From Methanotrichaceae archaeon (lineage in GTDB: Archaea; Halobacteriota; Methanosarcinia; Methanotrichales; Methanotrichaceae): a stretch of 64,000 nt of DNA. The stretch is taken from NCBI GenBank assembly GCA_963844955.1, contig CAWJQJ010000006.1, forward strand, positions 18,679 through 82,678, written 5' to 3'. Positions 40,353 through 50,431 of this stretch are shown piece after piece (within the stretch, counting starts at the first letter, position 1; the number at the start of each line of letters is the position of its first letter). The position numbers and the translations under genes were made by a program. Below the pieces are notes generated by a model. The model was not told the origin of the DNA. It saw only the letters and a list, made by a program, of their open reading frames with translations, and ran no database searches.

Positions 40353-42097
40353 AGATGACGGGTGCCCAGGCGGTACTGGAGAGCCTGAAGAGAGAGGGCG
40401 CAGATGTAGTATTCGGGCTTCCCGGCGGGGTGCTGCTGCCTCTTTACGACGCCATCTACCAGTCCGATATTCGTCATATTCTGGTGCGCCATGAGCAGGG
40501 GGCAGCGCATATGGCGGACGGTTACGCCAGGGCCACCGGCAAAGTTGGGGTGTGCATCGCCACCTCCGGGCCGGGAGCGACCAACCTGGTCACCGGCATC
40601 GCCAATGCCTACATGGACTCCGTGCCCATGGTGGCCATCACCGGGCAGGTTAACACCTGGCTGATTGGCAAGGACGCCTTTCAGGAGGCGGACATAACCG
40701 GGATCACTCTGCCCATTACCAAGCACAATTACCTGCTGCGAAGCGCGAAAGACATCACGCGCGTCTTCCGGGAGGCTTTTTATATCGCGCGCACCGGAAG
40801 GCCCGGACCGGTGCTGATCGATCTGCCCAGGGACGTGACCGTGGATGAGGTGGAGTTCTCCTGGCCGGAGGTGAATCTGCCCGGCTATCACCCTTCCATC
40901 AAGGCACATGAGATGCAGATCAAGAAAGCGGCCAGGGCCGTGATGGAGGCGGAAAGGCCTGTCATTTACGTAGGCGGCGGAGTCAAATATGCCGGCGCGC
41001 ACGGCGAGCTGTTCAAGCTGGCCACCAAGATCAACGCCCCGGTCACTACCACGCTCATGGGTGTGGGCTGTTTCCCTGAGGATCATCCTCTCTCCCTGGG
41101 CATGCTGGGCATGCACGGCACGAAGTATGCCAACTATGCCATTCAGGAGTCCGACCTGATTTTGGCCATTGGAGCGCGGTTTGATGACCGGGTGACAGGC
41201 AAGATCTCCAGCTTCGCCCCGCGGGCCAAGATCGTTCACATCGATGTGGACCCGGCTGAGGTGGGCAAGAATGTGCGGGTGGACATCCCCGTGGTGGGGG
41301 ATGCGAAAAATGCCCTGCTGGGGCTCATCAAGGAGGTAAGCCCGAAGGCAAGGGGGCCATGGAATGAGAAGACGGAGGAATGGAAGAAGGACTATCCTCT
41401 GCGCTATATCCCTGACATGAATGTCATCAAGCCCCAGTATGTGATTGAGAAGCTGTGCGAGCTTGCGCCCGATGCCATCATCACCACGGAGGTGGGGCAA
41501 AACCAGATGTGGGCAGCACAGTTCTTTGTGCATAAGGACCCGAGCAAGTTCATATCCTCGGGTGGCCTGGGAACTATGGGATACGGCTTTCCTGCGGCCA
41601 TCGGGGCCAAGATGGGCCGGCCGGAGTGCGATGTCATCGACGTGGCCGGGGACGGAAGCTTCCTCATGAACAGCCAGGAGCTGGCCACGGCGGTCGTCAA
41701 CGACATTCCCGTGAAGGTGGCGGTGCTCAACAACGGCTGCCTGGGAATGGTCCGGCAGTGGCAGGAGCTGTTCTTTGAGAAGAGGTACTCGGCCACGATT
41801 CTGGGCCGCACCAGCCCCGATTTCGTGAAGCTGGCCGAGGCCTACGGGGCGGTGGGACTGCGGGCGACGAAGCCCTCCGAGGTCGAGCCGGTCATTGCAG
41901 CCGCTCTGGCCACGGACCGGCCGGTCGTCATGGACTTCATCGTCAATCCGGCGGAGAAGGTCTCGCCAATGGTTCCGGCAGGGGCAACGCTGAGCGAGAT
42001 TCTGGAGCTGGAGTGGTGTGACGAAGCGCAGGCCTGTCATCTGGAGAAGATCTATGCACAGGGCAGGAAAGATGTCCTGGGCCAGGAGGGATTCTAG
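40343..42097 (+). CDS. ilvB: Acetolactate synthase large subunit
   Basis: [23 protein letters not shown]...NN TPP motif. Confidence 0.96.
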   Translation: MSLKMTGAQAVLESLKREGADVVFGLPGGVLLPLYDAIYQSDIRHILVRHEQGAAHMADGYARATGKVGVCIATSGPGATNLVTGIANAYMDSVPMVAITGQVNTWLIGKDAFQEADITGITLPITKHNYLLRSAKDITRVFREAFYIARTGRPGPVLIDLPRDVTVDEVEFSWPEVNLPGYHPSIKAHEMQIKKAARAVMEAERPVIYVGGGVKYAGAHGELFKLATKINAPVTTTLMGVGCFPEDHPLSLGMLGMHGTKYANYAIQESDLILAIGARFDDRVTGKISSFAPRAKIVHIDVDPAEVGKNVRVDIPVVGDAKNALLGLIKEVSPKARGPWNEKTEEWKKDYPLRYIPDMNVIKPQYVIEKLCELAPDAIITTEVGQNQMWAAQFFVHKDPSKFISSGGLGTMGYGFPAAIGAKMGRPECDVIDVAGDGSFLMNSQELATAVVNDIPVKVAVLNNGCLGMVRQWQELFFEKRYSATILGRTSPDFVKLAEAYGAVGLRATKPSEVEPVIAAALATDRPVVMDFIVNPAEKVSPMVPAGATLSEILELEWCDEAQACHLEKIYAQGRKDVLGQEGF

Positions 42098-42589
42098 ATG
42101 AAGCACACCATAGCCGTCATAGTCGAGAACAAGTCCGGTGTTCTCACCCGCATCGCCGGCCTGTTCAGCCGCCGGTCCTTTAACATCGACAGCCTCTCGG
42201 TGGGGGCGACGGAAAATCCCGATTACTCGCGCATGACCATGACCGTGCAGGGCGACAGAGACGTCCTGGAGCAGGTTATAAAGCAGCTCTCCAAGCTGAT
42301 CAACGTCATTCGCGTCAGCGAGCTTGATCCATGTGAATCGGTGGAAAGGGAGCTGGCCGTCATCAAGGTGAGCGCGGACAAAGATACCCGCAGCGAGATC
42401 ATGCAGATTGTGAACATCTTCCGGGCCAAGATCATCGATGTCTCGCAGCGTTCCATGATCATCGAGGTGACGGGGGACGAGGAGAAGATCGATGCCATTG
42501 TGCAGCTGCTGCGCCAGTTCGGCATAAAGGAGATGGCCCGCACCGGCAAGGTATCGATGGTGAGGGGCGCGAGGGTCATCAAAGCTTGA
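42098..42589 (+). CDS. ilvN: Acetolactate synthase small subunit
   Basis: [29 protein letters not shown] domain. Confidence 0.95.
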   Translation: MKHTIAVIVENKSGVLTRIAGLFSRRSFNIDSLSVGATENPDYSRMTMTVQGDRDVLEQVIKQLSKLINVIRVSELDPCESVERELAVIKVSADKDTRSEIMQIVNIFRAKIIDVSQRSMIIEVTGDEEKIDAIVQLLRQFGIKEMARTGKVSMVRGARVIKA

Positions 42590-42590
42590 A

Positions 42591-42635
42591 GGATTCGCGG
42601 GCTGCCTGACAAAAAAGCAGGCAGCCCACGAATCC
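42591..42635. terminator. Intergenic 18-bp stem-loop between ilvN and ilvC
   Basis: GGATTCGCGGGCTGCCTG-acaaaaaag-CAGGCAGCCCACGAATCC, one mismatch; function not established. Confidence 0.5.
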
Positions 42636-42688
42636 ATAATTTTCGCGATTATTATGACTTTAAGAATAGTGAAAAGGAGGAATGAAAT

Positions 42689-43684
42689 TTGGTGAAGATA
42701 TACCATGAAAAGGATGCAGATTTGAGGGTGCTGAAGGACAAGACCATCGCCATAGTGGGATGGGGAAATCAGGGACACGCCCAGGGAGAGAACCTGAAGG
42801 ACTCCGGGCTGGATGTCATCGCTGCCGACCTGCCCGGCACCAGGGCCTGGAAGAGGGCGGAAGAGGACGGAGTGAAGGTCATGTCTGTGGCCGACGCCGC
42901 CAAGAAGGCGGACTACATTCAGATCCTTCTGCCGGACGAGTACCAGGGCAAGATCTACCGGGAGCAGATCGCACCTTACCTGGAGGAGGGCAAGGTCCTG
43001 GGCTTCTCGCACGGCTTCAACATTCGCTACTTCCAGATTGTGCCGCCCGAGAACGTGGACGTGGTCATGATAGCGCCCAAGGGTCCGGGCGACCTGGTGC
43101 GCAGAACCTATCAGGAGGGCAAGGGCGTGCCCTGCCTGGTGGCCATAGAGCAGGATGCCTCCGGATCGGCATTGAAGAAGGCGCTGGCCTATGCCAAGGG
43201 CATCGGCGGCACGAGGGCGGGCGTCATCGAGACTACCTTTACCGAGGAGACGGAAACCGATCTGTTCGGCGAGCAGGTGGACCTGTGCGGCGGCGTGACC
43301 GAGATGATCAAGGCTGCCTTCGAGACACTGGTCGATGCCGGATACCAGCCTGAGATCGCCTACTTCGAGGCCTGCCACGAGCTGAAGCTGATTGTGGACC
43401 TGATCTACGAGGGCGGATTCATGCGCATGTGGAACAATGTCTCCAACACGGCAGAGTACGGAGGCATGACCCGCGGCCAGAGGATCATCAATGAGGAGTC
43501 CCGGGCAGAGATGCAGGAAATTCTGGCAGAAATTCAGTCTGGCGAGTTCGCCCGCGAGTGGATTTTGGAGAGCCAGGCAGGCATGCCTGTCAAAAAGTCC
43601 CTGGAGAAGATGGAGGCCGAGCACCCCATTGAGCAGGTGGGAGCGGAGCTGCGGGCCATGATGCCCTGGCTGCAGAAGAAGTAA
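42689..43684 (+). CDS. ilvC: Ketol-acid reductoisomerase
   Basis: [37 protein letters not shown]. Confidence 0.97.
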   Translation: MVKIYHEKDADLRVLKDKTIAIVGWGNQGHAQGENLKDSGLDVIAADLPGTRAWKRAEEDGVKVMSVADAAKKADYIQILLPDEYQGKIYREQIAPYLEEGKVLGFSHGFNIRYFQIVPPENVDVVMIAPKGPGDLVRRTYQEGKGVPCLVAIEQDASGSALKKALAYAKGIGGTRAGVIETTFTEETETDLFGEQVDLCGGVTEMIKAAFETLVDAGYQPEIAYFEACHELKLIVDLIYEGGFMRMWNNVSNTAEYGGMTRGQRIINEESRAEMQEILAEIQSGEFAREWILESQAGMPVKKSLEKMEAEHPIEQVGAELRAMMPWLQKK

Positions 43685-44235
43685 GGTTTATATTGTGGGA
43701 AGTAGTAGCAAGGTGTCGGACGGGTGCGGCTACACCTGCGCCCGGACGCGATGCCATGTTATTATGGCCTCGGGATAAACACGATTATAACCCAACAACC
43801 AACAACTACATCACAGGAGGGAGGAGCAGTTCCAGAAGCGCGGCCACTGTGCCGCGTTTCGGGGGCTGTAATTTTACCGAATCATTTATAAGTTTTGAAC
43901 TTGTTGCGTAACGCAAAAATAACAGGTAGTAATGCCTTGAATATTAATGATCTTTTGAATAGAAAAGAGCTTGTTTTATTTATAATACAGGTGTTATTAT
44001 TTATAGTTCAAGTTTTAAGTCTTGGTTTCCTGGGATTATATGTATGGAAAACGTGGCAAATGGCCTCGTCTACAAGAGAATCAGCTAAGGCTTCTGAAAA
44101 AATGATAGAGGAAATGAAAGATGCACGGGATCAAGAGAGTGCACCATATGTTGTTCCGTATATTAATATTAATAAACACATGATTTTTTTCGGCATTAAG
44201 AACATTGGCAAAAGCGTTGCTAAAAATATTAAAAT

Positions 44236-44957
44236 CAAACTGCGCGCGGCCACCCCACCCTGAAGGGATGGGGTATGCTTCGGGCCGCGCGCACGCCCGG
44301 TTAGCTGGAGATCAGAAATCATCGAGCCTTCTTTGCCCGGATTCCCGCGATCTGCAAACTTGCGACTCTGCTTTTGGTTTTCCCTGAGATTCCTTAATAT
44401 AGTGCTGTATTGTGTCAGCAGTCACATTTCCTACAGATCGAAAGAATTTGCCACTTGACCACAAGCTTCCACCCCAATATCTTTTTTTCAATTCGGGATG
44501 AAGCTTGAACATTCTATATGAATTGCCTCCTTTCAAAAATTGAACGACTCTTGAAAGAGAATAGCTCGGGCGGAATTCCAGGAACAGGTGAACATGATCA
44601 TCTACAATTTCCATTGCATGAATTTTATAGCCTTGCTCCATGCAAATTTTGCTGAGAACTAGCTCGCAATCCTTTTTAACTCGCTTATCATAGAATATCT
44701 TGTATCGATACTTTGGCACCAGTACGATGTGGTAGGTAATTTGACCATAGCCATGGCTGAAGCTGCGCAATTCCAACGCGTATCACATCCTAGCCATAGG
44801 TGGGTGGCACCACCTGTGGCTAAAGTGCCAAATACGATTTCATTTTAAAAGAAGCAACGGTTGATCGATATGAGTTAACGCAAAAAACGGCGAGGGTTCA
44901 CTTCATCCCCAACCTGAAGGTTGGGGTATTCGTGACCCTCTGCACTCCCGATGTAAT
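44236..44957 (-). mobile_element. IS200/IS605-family element, tnpA only (~720 bp)
   Basis: Subterminal hairpins CCCCACCCTGAAGGGATGGGG (44253-44273) and CCCCAACCTGAAGGTTGGGG (44907-44926); ends uncertain by a few nt. Confidence 0.85.
44312..44776 (-). CDS. tnpA: IS200-family Y1 (HUH) transposase
   Basis: YHIVLVPKYR, DHVHLF (HUH), LWSSGKFFRSVG, TIQHYI catalytic Tyr. Confidence 0.93.
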   Translation of the reverse strand: MELRSFSHGYGQITYHIVLVPKYRYKIFYDKRVKKDCELVLSKICMEQGYKIHAMEIVDDHVHLFLEFRPSYSLSRVVQFLKGGNSYRMFKLHPELKKRYWGGSLWSSGKFFRSVGNVTADTIQHYIKESQGKPKAESQVCRSRESGQRRLDDF

Positions 44958-45461
44958 AAAAGTTGAACCAGATCTCAAGAGCAGCATATTTGGAGATAAA
45001 ATTCGTGATCTTTCTCTTATTAAGAATGGCCTAAGTTCCCTTCCGCCTGGTCATGAATTGGGTACTATGCTCGACGTTTCGCATATCTATTTAAACCGAG
45101 AAGATTTCCCGATGAGTTATTCTGTTAAGGTTTCTTATGAAGGAGGTCTTCATAAGGAAGCAAGAGATTACGAGCAAGTCTTGGACCTTTCAGCTTATAA
45201 AGATATAATTCCTGATAATGAGATGAATTTGGATGATGTAGTGAAACGCTTAGAGGATCTATCAAAATATGACAAAAAAATAAGCGAAGAATTAGAAAAA
45301 ATAGAGAAGAGTATTGCTAGAGGAATTTGGATAAAAAATCCGGATCTTTCTATTTCTTATTCCCAATTGGATTATGTATCATGGAAAGTCATCGCTGCAT
45401 CAAAACTCAGAGAATTAAAAGTTGTGCTAGAAGGTATGACTAGAGGCTCATCATATTCCTT

Positions 45462-45698
45462 TTGAGCGATAATAAAAATAGAATGGATTCCATAATTGCA
45501 CAAATCCTAGTCATTGCTTCAAATTATCCTATAGAGGCTGATTCCAAAATTGGTGAAGATTTGAATTCTTTTGCCTTTAAGATTTTAGAATTTTCAAGAT
45601 CGTTGCCTTTCTTAATTGGAATGGGATCAGATGGATTTAATAAGGAAATAAGTATATTCGTAACCGACATCGATATTTTGATCAATAAATTAATATAA
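45462..45698 (+). CDS. AT-rich hypothetical protein, possibly a frameshifted continuation of the upstream gene
   Basis: TTGA overlap with the upstream stop; same low GC. Confidence 0.4.
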   Translation: MSDNKNRMDSIIAQILVIASNYPIEADSKIGEDLNSFAFKILEFSRSLPFLIGMGSDGFNKEISIFVTDIDILINKLI

Positions 45699-45945
45699 AT
45701 TCATCTATTTGAATACCTAGTACGGCCGCAGTTTACTTCCTTTTAGCTCAGGCTAAAAAAATAGCTAAGAGAGAGCAGCCAGATGCAGGCAAAGCGGCCT
45801 CATTTTAGCGGCAGAATATTTCTCCTGTAATACGCAAGGGTTTCCAAGCTGGAGATCTGCTATGATCTCTTTATGCCATTTGTGGTTAGTTCGTCTTTTA
45901 GGTTATTTATAATTATTAGATAATAATAATCACAAATTGCCATCG

Positions 45946-46600
45946 GTTCCCAAATCCAGCCCTCAAAGAAGAGCCGCCCAGCCTGATGCTAGCTTCACCT
46001 GTCCTCCCAAACCCGACCGGGCCCCAGCCCCCTCATACGAGCGCTTGCCGGGCAGGCCAGCCCGCCCTGACAACAGCGCGGCAACCCGGACGGCCTCGGC
46101 CCACGGGCGGCGAGCCCCGAGCGAGAGCCGGAAGCCAGGCAAGGCAACCACGGTCGAACGGCAACCGGGCGCTGCTGCCCACATCCCCGCAAGGATAGCG
46201 ATGCTGGAGACTACCAGGAATTCCTCCTCAAAAGTCTCTGTGCGTCCTCTGTGCGCTCTGTGAGCTCTGTGGTGAAATCGTTAGTTGTTAGGCAATAATT
46301 TTCTGCCAATAGTAACCGCAAATCGTCATCGGTTACAAAATCCAGCCCCAGGAAAAGCGCCTCAGCCGGAGCCCAGCTCTTCCTAGCTTTCAGGCCCGAC
46401 CGATCGTTTCCCAAAATCCAGCCCTCTGGAAAAGCCGCCTCAGCCGGAGTCCAGCTCCGCCTGTACTCCAGGCCGCGACCGGGCCTCCTGCCCCCGGACA
46501 CGATCGCTTGCCAAGCAATCCAGCCCGCCCTGACAACAGCGCCGCAACCCCGGACGGCCCGGCCCACGGGCAGCGGCCACGAGCGCAGCCCCGAGACGTG
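45946..46600 (+). repeat. GC-rich mosaic repeat block 1 (core copies at 46061 and 46524)
   Basis: CCCGCCCTGACAACAGCGC.GCAACCCGGACGGCC..GGCCCACGGGC twice; CATCGGTT.CaAAATCCAGCCC at 45951 and 46328. Confidence 0.9.
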
Positions 46601-46744
46601 AATGCATCGCCGGTGGGCTTGACGTGCGCGGCTGCTCGCTCTCGCGAGGGATCGCCAAGCTGAAGACTGCCGGCAATCGACCTCGATCACCCAAAGATTA
46701 AATGCTTTAACAACAGCTTAGATCAATAAAATAGGTGCATTTTA

Positions 46745-46963
46745 ATGAGCTGTGCAGCCATGAGCTTTCAGGATCTGATTGAAGCGGTCGAGTCCATGCC
46801 TCTCGATGATCAATTCATGCTGGTTGAACTGATCAACAAACGCATCAAAGAGAAGCGTCGAGCTGAGCTGGTTGCAGAGGTCCAGGAGACGAGAAGTGCG
46901 TTTGCAAGAGGCGAGGTTAAACGAGGTACATTTGAAGACCTGATGAAGGATCTGAAAGATTGA
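46745..46963 (+). CDS. Putative antitoxin of the downstream RelE/YafQ toxin
   Basis: 72-aa helical protein; stop overlaps toxin TTG start. Confidence 0.7.
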   Translation: MSCAAMSFQDLIEAVESMPLDDQFMLVELINKRIKEKRRAELVAEVQETRSAFARGEVKRGTFEDLMKDLKD

Positions 46964-47244
46964 ATACACTTGTATGGAGCCCTGGCTTCAAGAGAACCTT
47001 CAAGCGCTCAATACGGCGCAGGCCAGATCTGCAAGATAAGATTTAGCATGCATTAAAACTGCTCGCAAATGATGCACTTCACCCGTCTCTCCATATTCAT
47101 AAGCTGAAAGGAGACCTGGCAGGTTCCTGGGCCTGTACAGTCGATTTCGAATATCGCATTGTATTTGAGTTCGTGCGGGATTCCGAGACTCAAGAAGAGA
47201 TTATCCTGCTTGAGGCGGTTGGCACTCACGACGAAGTCTACTAA
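46960..47244 (+). pseudogene. RelE/YafQ-family mRNA interferase with in-frame TAG at 47044 (not in ORF track)
   Basis: MNTLVWSPGFKRTFKR...DKI*HALKLL...HKLKGDLAGSWACTVDFEYRIVF...VGTHDEVY. Confidence 0.85.
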
Positions 47245-47370
47245 TTAGCTTCATCTACATGAGCCAGTCCACACAAAAGAAACCTGCTTCAGCCTGAGGT
47301 CCATTTTAACCTGATAACAGATCCAGTCCGGTCTCCTGCCCACCCGAGTGTGCCTGCGCATGCAACTTGG

Positions 47371-47437
47371 CTCGCCCGGACGATAGCGCCGCATGCCCGG
47401 ACGGCCCCGGCCCACGGGCGGCGGCCATGAGCGAGAG
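47371..47437 (+). repeat. Core repeat copy
   Basis: CTCGCCCGGACGATAGCGCCGCATGCCCGGACGGCCCCGGCCCACGGGCGGCGGCCATGAGCG. Confidence 0.85.
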
Positions 47438-47482
47438 TCGGGATCCGAGCGTCGTTATCAACCATCGATAAGATTATCCTTT

Positions 47483-47989
47483 TCAGTCTTTATCTTCTCC
47501 AGAAGCATGCAAGGCCTTTTTATAAACATCATCCCCTATCCAGAAACCGGCATCATTTCTTAGCCTATCAAGTTCTTCTCGGAGAGATGATATTCTTCCT
47601 TCTCGCCTAGCTCGGATCAAGATACCAATCACGCCGGTTATGTTCAATCCATAGACTCTGGCTGTCCTTCTAGCCTCGCTCTCGTCCAGAAATACAACCT
47701 CTGCAGTTAGCTGAACCGCGAGAGCTATTGTCTCGGATTCGCCTTCATGCAAATCCTTTTGCAGAAGACTGATAAAAGTTCGATTTGCCGGATCAACGAC
47801 TTCTATCCATCCTGCTTGCCTTCCATGATCCACCTCAGAGGAGCCCGGCCATTCTCGACCTTCTTGCACTACCTCTTTCCAAACGGCCGGTGCAATGAAA
47901 ATCTTTTTATGAAACTCACGCAAGAGGTCCAGACGCCCAATCTTTGCCAGATGAATCAGCGTTGAAGAATCACTTATAGCACCCAGCAT
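47483..47989 (-). CDS. DUF3368 PIN-domain protein (putative toxin)
   Basis: ISDSSTLIHL, DLHEGESETIALA, LDESEAR, GVIGIL. Confidence 0.88.
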   Translation of the reverse strand: MLGAISDSSTLIHLAKIGRLDLLREFHKKIFIAPAVWKEVVQEGREWPGSSEVDHGRQAGWIEVVDPANRTFISLLQKDLHEGESETIALAVQLTAEVVFLDESEARRTARVYGLNITGVIGILIRARREGRISSLREELDRLRNDAGFWIGDDVYKKALHASGEDKD

Positions 47990-48230
47990 ATCTTAGATCC
48001 TCTTGAAGCTCTTCTTCCCGGTAATGCCGCTTGATTTTACGCTGACCAAGAAGATCTTCGAACTGAAGACGAGTCAGCCCACTGAGAGCTGAGGCTTTTC
48101 CAGATGAAAGCATCCCTCGCTGGTAAAGTGCCAGAGCTAACTCTTTGTAAAGCTCTGCTTCTATATCATCAGGCGGAACCCTAAGGGCATTGACTATCTC
48201 TTCCGGGATCTTAAGAGTCCTGGCGCTCAT
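47970..48230 (-). CDS. UPF0175 family putative antitoxin
   Basis: ELALALYQRGMLSSGKASALSG...ELQEDL; overlaps DUF3368. Confidence 0.88.
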   Translation of the reverse strand: MSARTLKIPEEIVNALRVPPDDIEAELYKELALALYQRGMLSSGKASALSGLTRLQFEDLLGQRKIKRHYREEELQEDLRYAGCYK

Positions 48231-48386
48231 TTAGATTCATGCTCCATTTCATAATAATAGCAGAGATCATTCATTAAGCTTTGGCCAGATTGAAGGTATT
48301 TCGAGCTCATGTAGTCTACAGATCGATTAATGAGCCGAACAGTCGAACTCATGCGTCAGCTAACAAGTTCTTGTCCCGCAATCCAA

Positions 48387-48452
48387 CCCGCCCTGATGAC
48401 GTCGCCGCAAGCCCGGAAGGCCCGGCCCACGAGCGACGGCCACGAGCCAGAG
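48387..48452 (+). repeat. Core repeat copy
   Basis: CCCGCCCTGATGACGTCGCCGCAAGCCCGGAAGGCCCGGCCCACGAGCGACGGCCACGAGC. Confidence 0.85.
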
Positions 48453-48486
48453 CCGTGAACCCGAGAAAACATGCGACACAGATCCG

Positions 48487-48828
48487 CTATTTATCATTTA
48501 TCTCTTGCAGAATCTCCCTAATCCTGGCCTTTAAAATCGGCATATCAAGCTCTGCGGTCTCCCAGACTTGTTTGATATCAATTCCAAAGTACTGATGCAC
48601 GAGAATGTTTCTTAAGCCCACAATGTCGGCCCAAGGAATGTCTTGATTGCATTCCGTCAACACATCTGAGAGGTGATTCGAAGCTTCGCCAATCACCTGA
48701 AGATGATGAATTATCCAGACTTGCGTTCGTTCGTCTTCGGCAAAGGCCTGATAGCCAATAGAAACATACTTCTCAATATTTTCTATGGCCTCGTTAGTAT
48801 CACGGAGACGCTCCTTGTCATTTCTCAA
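48487..48828 (-). CDS. HepT/DUF86 HEPN ribonuclease toxin
   Basis: IGEAS, IPWADIVGLRNILVHQYFG. Confidence 0.92.
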   Translation of the reverse strand: MRNDKERLRDTNEAIENIEKYVSIGYQAFAEDERTQVWIIHHLQVIGEASNHLSDVLTECNQDIPWADIVGLRNILVHQYFGIDIKQVWETAELDMPILKARIREILQEINDK

Positions 48829-49115
48829 AGAGGCACCGCCTCGCTCAGGACTCGGTCTCGAATCCGCTCTCGCAGGCCACGGTCACTGACTACATCGACC
48901 TTGATTTTCAGCAGGGATTCAAGCTCTCGGATCATGGCGGAATGGCTAAGCAAAGTTGCGCCTGGAATAAACTCTACCAGGATATCGAGGTCGCTCTTTG
49001 AGTCTGCCTCTCCTCTGGCAACTGAGCCAAAGATCCTGACATTGCGAGCGCCATGCTTTGCAGCAATCTTTAGAATCTCCTCTCGCTTTTTATTCCGGAG
49101 ATCTTCAATACGCAT
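48825..49115 (-). CDS. Minimal nucleotidyltransferase antitoxin
   Basis: FGSVARGEADSKSDLDILV; 4-nt overlap with HepT. Confidence 0.92.
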   Translation of the reverse strand: MRIEDLRNKKREEILKIAAKHGARNVRIFGSVARGEADSKSDLDILVEFIPGATLLSHSAMIRELESLLKIKVDVVSDRGLRERIRDRVLSEAVPL

Positions 49116-49221
49116 AAATTATCATTCGCCGTTCAAGAAGATCAAAGCTTCGATCCAGATGGTTGCATAGCGGCGACTATATCTTTCCAAAGAATCCAGA
49201 CACAGGGAAAGTCCCCTAAAA

Positions 49222-49830
49222 GGCTCCAGTTCCACCTTGACTCCAGGCCCGACCTGCCTCCTTCCCGCCCTGACAATAGCGCCGCAACCCCGGACGGCCC
49301 GGCCCACGGGCAGCGGCCACGAGCACAGCCCGAGCTGGTGATGCGCCGGCGATGGGCAGCCGGGCGCTGCTGCCCACAGCCCCGCAAGGATGATGCTGGA
49401 GACAACCTTGAAGTCTCCCAAAACGTCTCTGTGCGCTTTTCGCACCTCTGCGTTTTTCTTCTCGTAACCTCAGATTTTAATTCTCCCACTACGATTATTA
49501 ACCGCAGAGCCTCGCAATCTACTTATTTTGTAAACAATTGAAAAAAAATGCACTACATCTGAGCAATAGCCGTCTCTGTCCGTTCGTCATCCGCGTGCTC
49601 TGCGCCTCTGCGGTTCGATCCGTAGCTGCTAGGTTATAATTTTCACCCAATAATAATAGGAAACGGCGATCGTTTCCCAAAATCCAGCCCCTGGAAAAGC
49701 CGCCTCAGCCGGAGTCCAGCTCTGTCTGACTCCAGGCCCGACAGGCCTCCTGCCTACGAGCGCGCGCGTGCAGAGGGCCCGCCTGGCGAAAGGCAACGCA
49801 GACCAGCAAGGCCCGGCCCACGGACGGCGG
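49222..49830 (+). repeat. GC-rich mosaic repeat block 2 (core at 49264, degenerate core at 49778, inverted-repeat sub-element 49500-49615)
   Basis: Shares core, GCGCTGCTGCCCACA.CCCCGCAAGGAT and CGATCGTTTCCCAAAATCCAGCCC...GCCGCCTCAGCCGGAGTCCAGCTC with block 1. Confidence 0.88.
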
Positions 49831-49917
49831 ACAGTTTAGCGATACTTGGGTGTAAGACAAGAGCAGCTTCAAAGGCTAATGAGAGCGAAAGGCTTTATCT
49901 GATCAGTGGTAACAATT

Positions 49918-50181
49918 ATGCTGATGTTTGCGGAGTACATTAAAGCGGCAATGGATAAAGCGACCTACGAGATAATCGACGATCCTGAGCCCTTTTATGG
50001 TGAGATCCCTGAGATTCAGGGCGTATGGGCGTCAGGAAAGACGCTTGAGGCTTGTCGGGACGACCTCATGAGTGCTCTCGAAGATTGGATAGCGTTCCGC
50101 CTTAGGACAGGAAGATCTATTCCCTCGATCGGTGGAACAACAATTGCCATCTCATCGGAGCCGATCAGAGTTGTCGAATAA
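49918..50181 (+). CDS. hicB: HicB-family antitoxin
   Basis: FYGEIPEIQGVWASGKTLEACRDDLMSALEDW. Confidence 0.88.
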   Translation: MLMFAEYIKAAMDKATYEIIDDPEPFYGEIPEIQGVWASGKTLEACRDDLMSALEDWIAFRLRTGRSIPSIGGTTIAISSEPIRVVE

Positions 50182-50399
50182 GCTTACTCCCGTCTCACGA
50201 CATGAGCTTGTAAGACGATTGAGGAAATTAGGATTTGATGGCCCTTACCCAGGATCTAAACACGAAGTCATGGCCAAAGGAGACATATCAATCATAATCC
50301 CTAATTCACACCGTGATGAAAGATATTGGTGCCAGCCTGATAACCAGAATACTAAAGCAAGCAGCCCTTTCTCGGCAGGATTGGCTAGATTCAAAGTAA
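50171..50399 (+). CDS. hicA: HicA-family toxin with a +1 frameshift near 50320
   Basis: LVRRLRKLGFDGP..GSKHEVM...IIIPNSH, then DIGASLITRILKQA in the next frame. Confidence 0.8.
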
Positions 50400-50431
50400 G
50401 AGGTTTTTGAATATACATATAATCTAGCAGA

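Larger units (their letters stand above)
43895..45465 (+). pseudogene. AT-rich membrane-anchored hypothetical gene interrupted by an IS element
   Basis: Removing 44236-44957 restores frame ...KNIGKSVAKNIKI-KVEPDLKSS...; low GC relative to flanks. Confidence 0.7.

Noticed and set aside
40349-43624. 1091-aa antisense ORF
   Set aside because: Shadow of ilvB-ilvN-ilvC caused by GC-rich codon bias; no recognisable motifs.
43690-43895. Possible ncRNA or attachment site downstream of ilvC at the island border
   Set aside because: Short hairpins are present, but no tRNA fold, known RNA motif or matching direct repeat at the far end of the island was found by eye.
45937-46694. ORFs in the repeat blocks, with recurring PVGRAVRGCGAVVRAG peptide (also 49122-49489, 50245-50628, 51555-51996)
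   Set aside because: Translations of GC-rich repeat DNA; frames are broken by indels between copies.
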